Source of the DNA: Takakia lepidozioides
Lineage: Eukaryota; Plantae; Bryophyta
Assembly (NCBI GenBank): GCA_030704615.1
Contig: CM060734.1
Span: 40,920,001-40,984,000 of the forward strand
Direction: 5' to 3'
DNA length: 64,000 nt
Shown here: in pieces, positions 63,096-64,000 of the stretch
How the letters are laid out: each line of letters begins with the position of its first letter
Numbering within the stretch: position 1 is the stretch's first letter
The notes under the pieces: model-generated
What the model was told of the DNA's origin: nothing
Databases searched by the model: none
What the model saw: only the letters and a program-made list of their open reading frames with translations
Made by a program: the position numbers and the translations under genes

Positions 63096-63819
63096 TGTCG
63101 CACACCTCAGTTCGGTAAACTCCCCTTCAAGTCATAGTTACTCGCTTTGATGCGCGCGCCTGACTCCCAACCTGGCCGCCGGGCCAACTTGGAGTTTCGG
63201 CTACTCACCGGGACATAACGGTCCCCTTCCGCTTCCCTCTAAACCCTCCACCTATTTGGGACTAGGAGAATTCCCTTTGGTAGATGGCAGTCCGGAACAG
63301 CTCCCCACTCTTTGGTCGCTTTCCGGCTCGCTCGCTTACTCACTAGTTTTTGGTCACCAACGGGCTTGCACCGTTCTCGGGGTTACTACTCCCTATATAT
63401 ACTTCTGTAGCTGTCCGCGGGGGTTTCATAACCAGCCATGCCATTTTATGGCGAACCACCACGAAAACCCTCGACTCCCGGTGGTGAGTCGCGGTGAGTC
63501 TTGGCCCACTCACCGCGGCCCCAATGGACCGTGATGAGTCCCAAGACTCCCCACGACTCCCACCTCGAGGTCTCCACCCCATGGTGAGTCCTATGCCACC
63601 CCCACTAAGTCCCACTAAGCTACCACCACCCCTTGTGGAGCCACCTCCACCGCAACCCGGTGTGCGGGGCTCCACCTAGTGAGCGCCTCCGCCTCCTTGA
63701 GTGCCTTGGGCACACAAGGGTGCTTCAGCCCCCCCTACCTATCGCCGCCGCTGCCCCCACCACAGGGGCAGCCCCTCATGTGTCCCGACCCCCTGCCCTC
63801 AAGGCAAAGGGCCGCGACA
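63096..63819 (-). repeat. 5' LTR of gypsy element 2
   Basis: Followed on the minus strand by TGGTATCAGAGC. Confidence 0.96.
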
Positions 63820-64000
63820 TAATCTAAATTCCTACGTGTTTTACCATCGATTCCCAGATAACTCGCAAACAGCCCTGCTTTTGCAGTACAATGCCTAAAT
63901 TATCTGCCTTAAGATTAAAAAATGATCTGAAAAGACATTTGTACCAATATATGCATCTACAGGATGTCACGTCGTCCTCCTGTGGCCCTTCGTGCCACTG

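Larger units (their letters stand above)
56848..63819 (-). mobile_element. Intact, very recent Ty3/gypsy chromovirus
   Basis: 724-bp LTRs 56848-57571 and 63096-63819 (TG..CA, one mismatch seen), TSD TAATC (56843-56847, 63820-63824), iMet PBS 63082-63093, PPT 57572-57583. Confidence 0.97.

Noticed and set aside
1-64000. Hammerhead or twister ribozymes, tRNA and rRNA genes; many short ORFs
   Set aside because: The CTGATGA hits checked lacked the paired GAAA and stems, and no tRNA or rRNA was recognised. Most short ORFs are antisense or alternate-frame shadows of genes, TEs or low-complexity DNA.

Overview
Eukaryotic land-plant genomic DNA, probably from a non-seed plant (inferred from the TE repertoire). 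The left 36.5 kb is a gene block. It holds the 3' exons of an acid triacylglycerol lipase, a PBL28-like cytoplasmic kinase, a frameshifted class III peroxidase, an F-box/kelch fragment, chloroplast cyclophilin CYP37 and an intronless PLAC8 gene. Introns and spacers carry many copies of two RTEX-like LINE families, and one LINE copy is split by a decayed chromoviral Ty3/gypsy element. The right 27 kb is a TE island. It contains a full-length piggyBac element (perfect 15-bp TIRs, TTAA TSD, frameshifted transposase missed by the ORF track), a 7.5-kb hAT element with a nested LINE, and a very young intact chromovirus. Most notable are the piggyBac in a plant genome, two poly(A)-less LINE families whose 3' ends abut TCTC sites, a hairpin-rich ~0.87-kb 3' module of the chromovirus bracketed by two hairpin+PPT units, and a tandem array whose hairpin shows a compensatory base change. 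All alignments and folds were done by eye.
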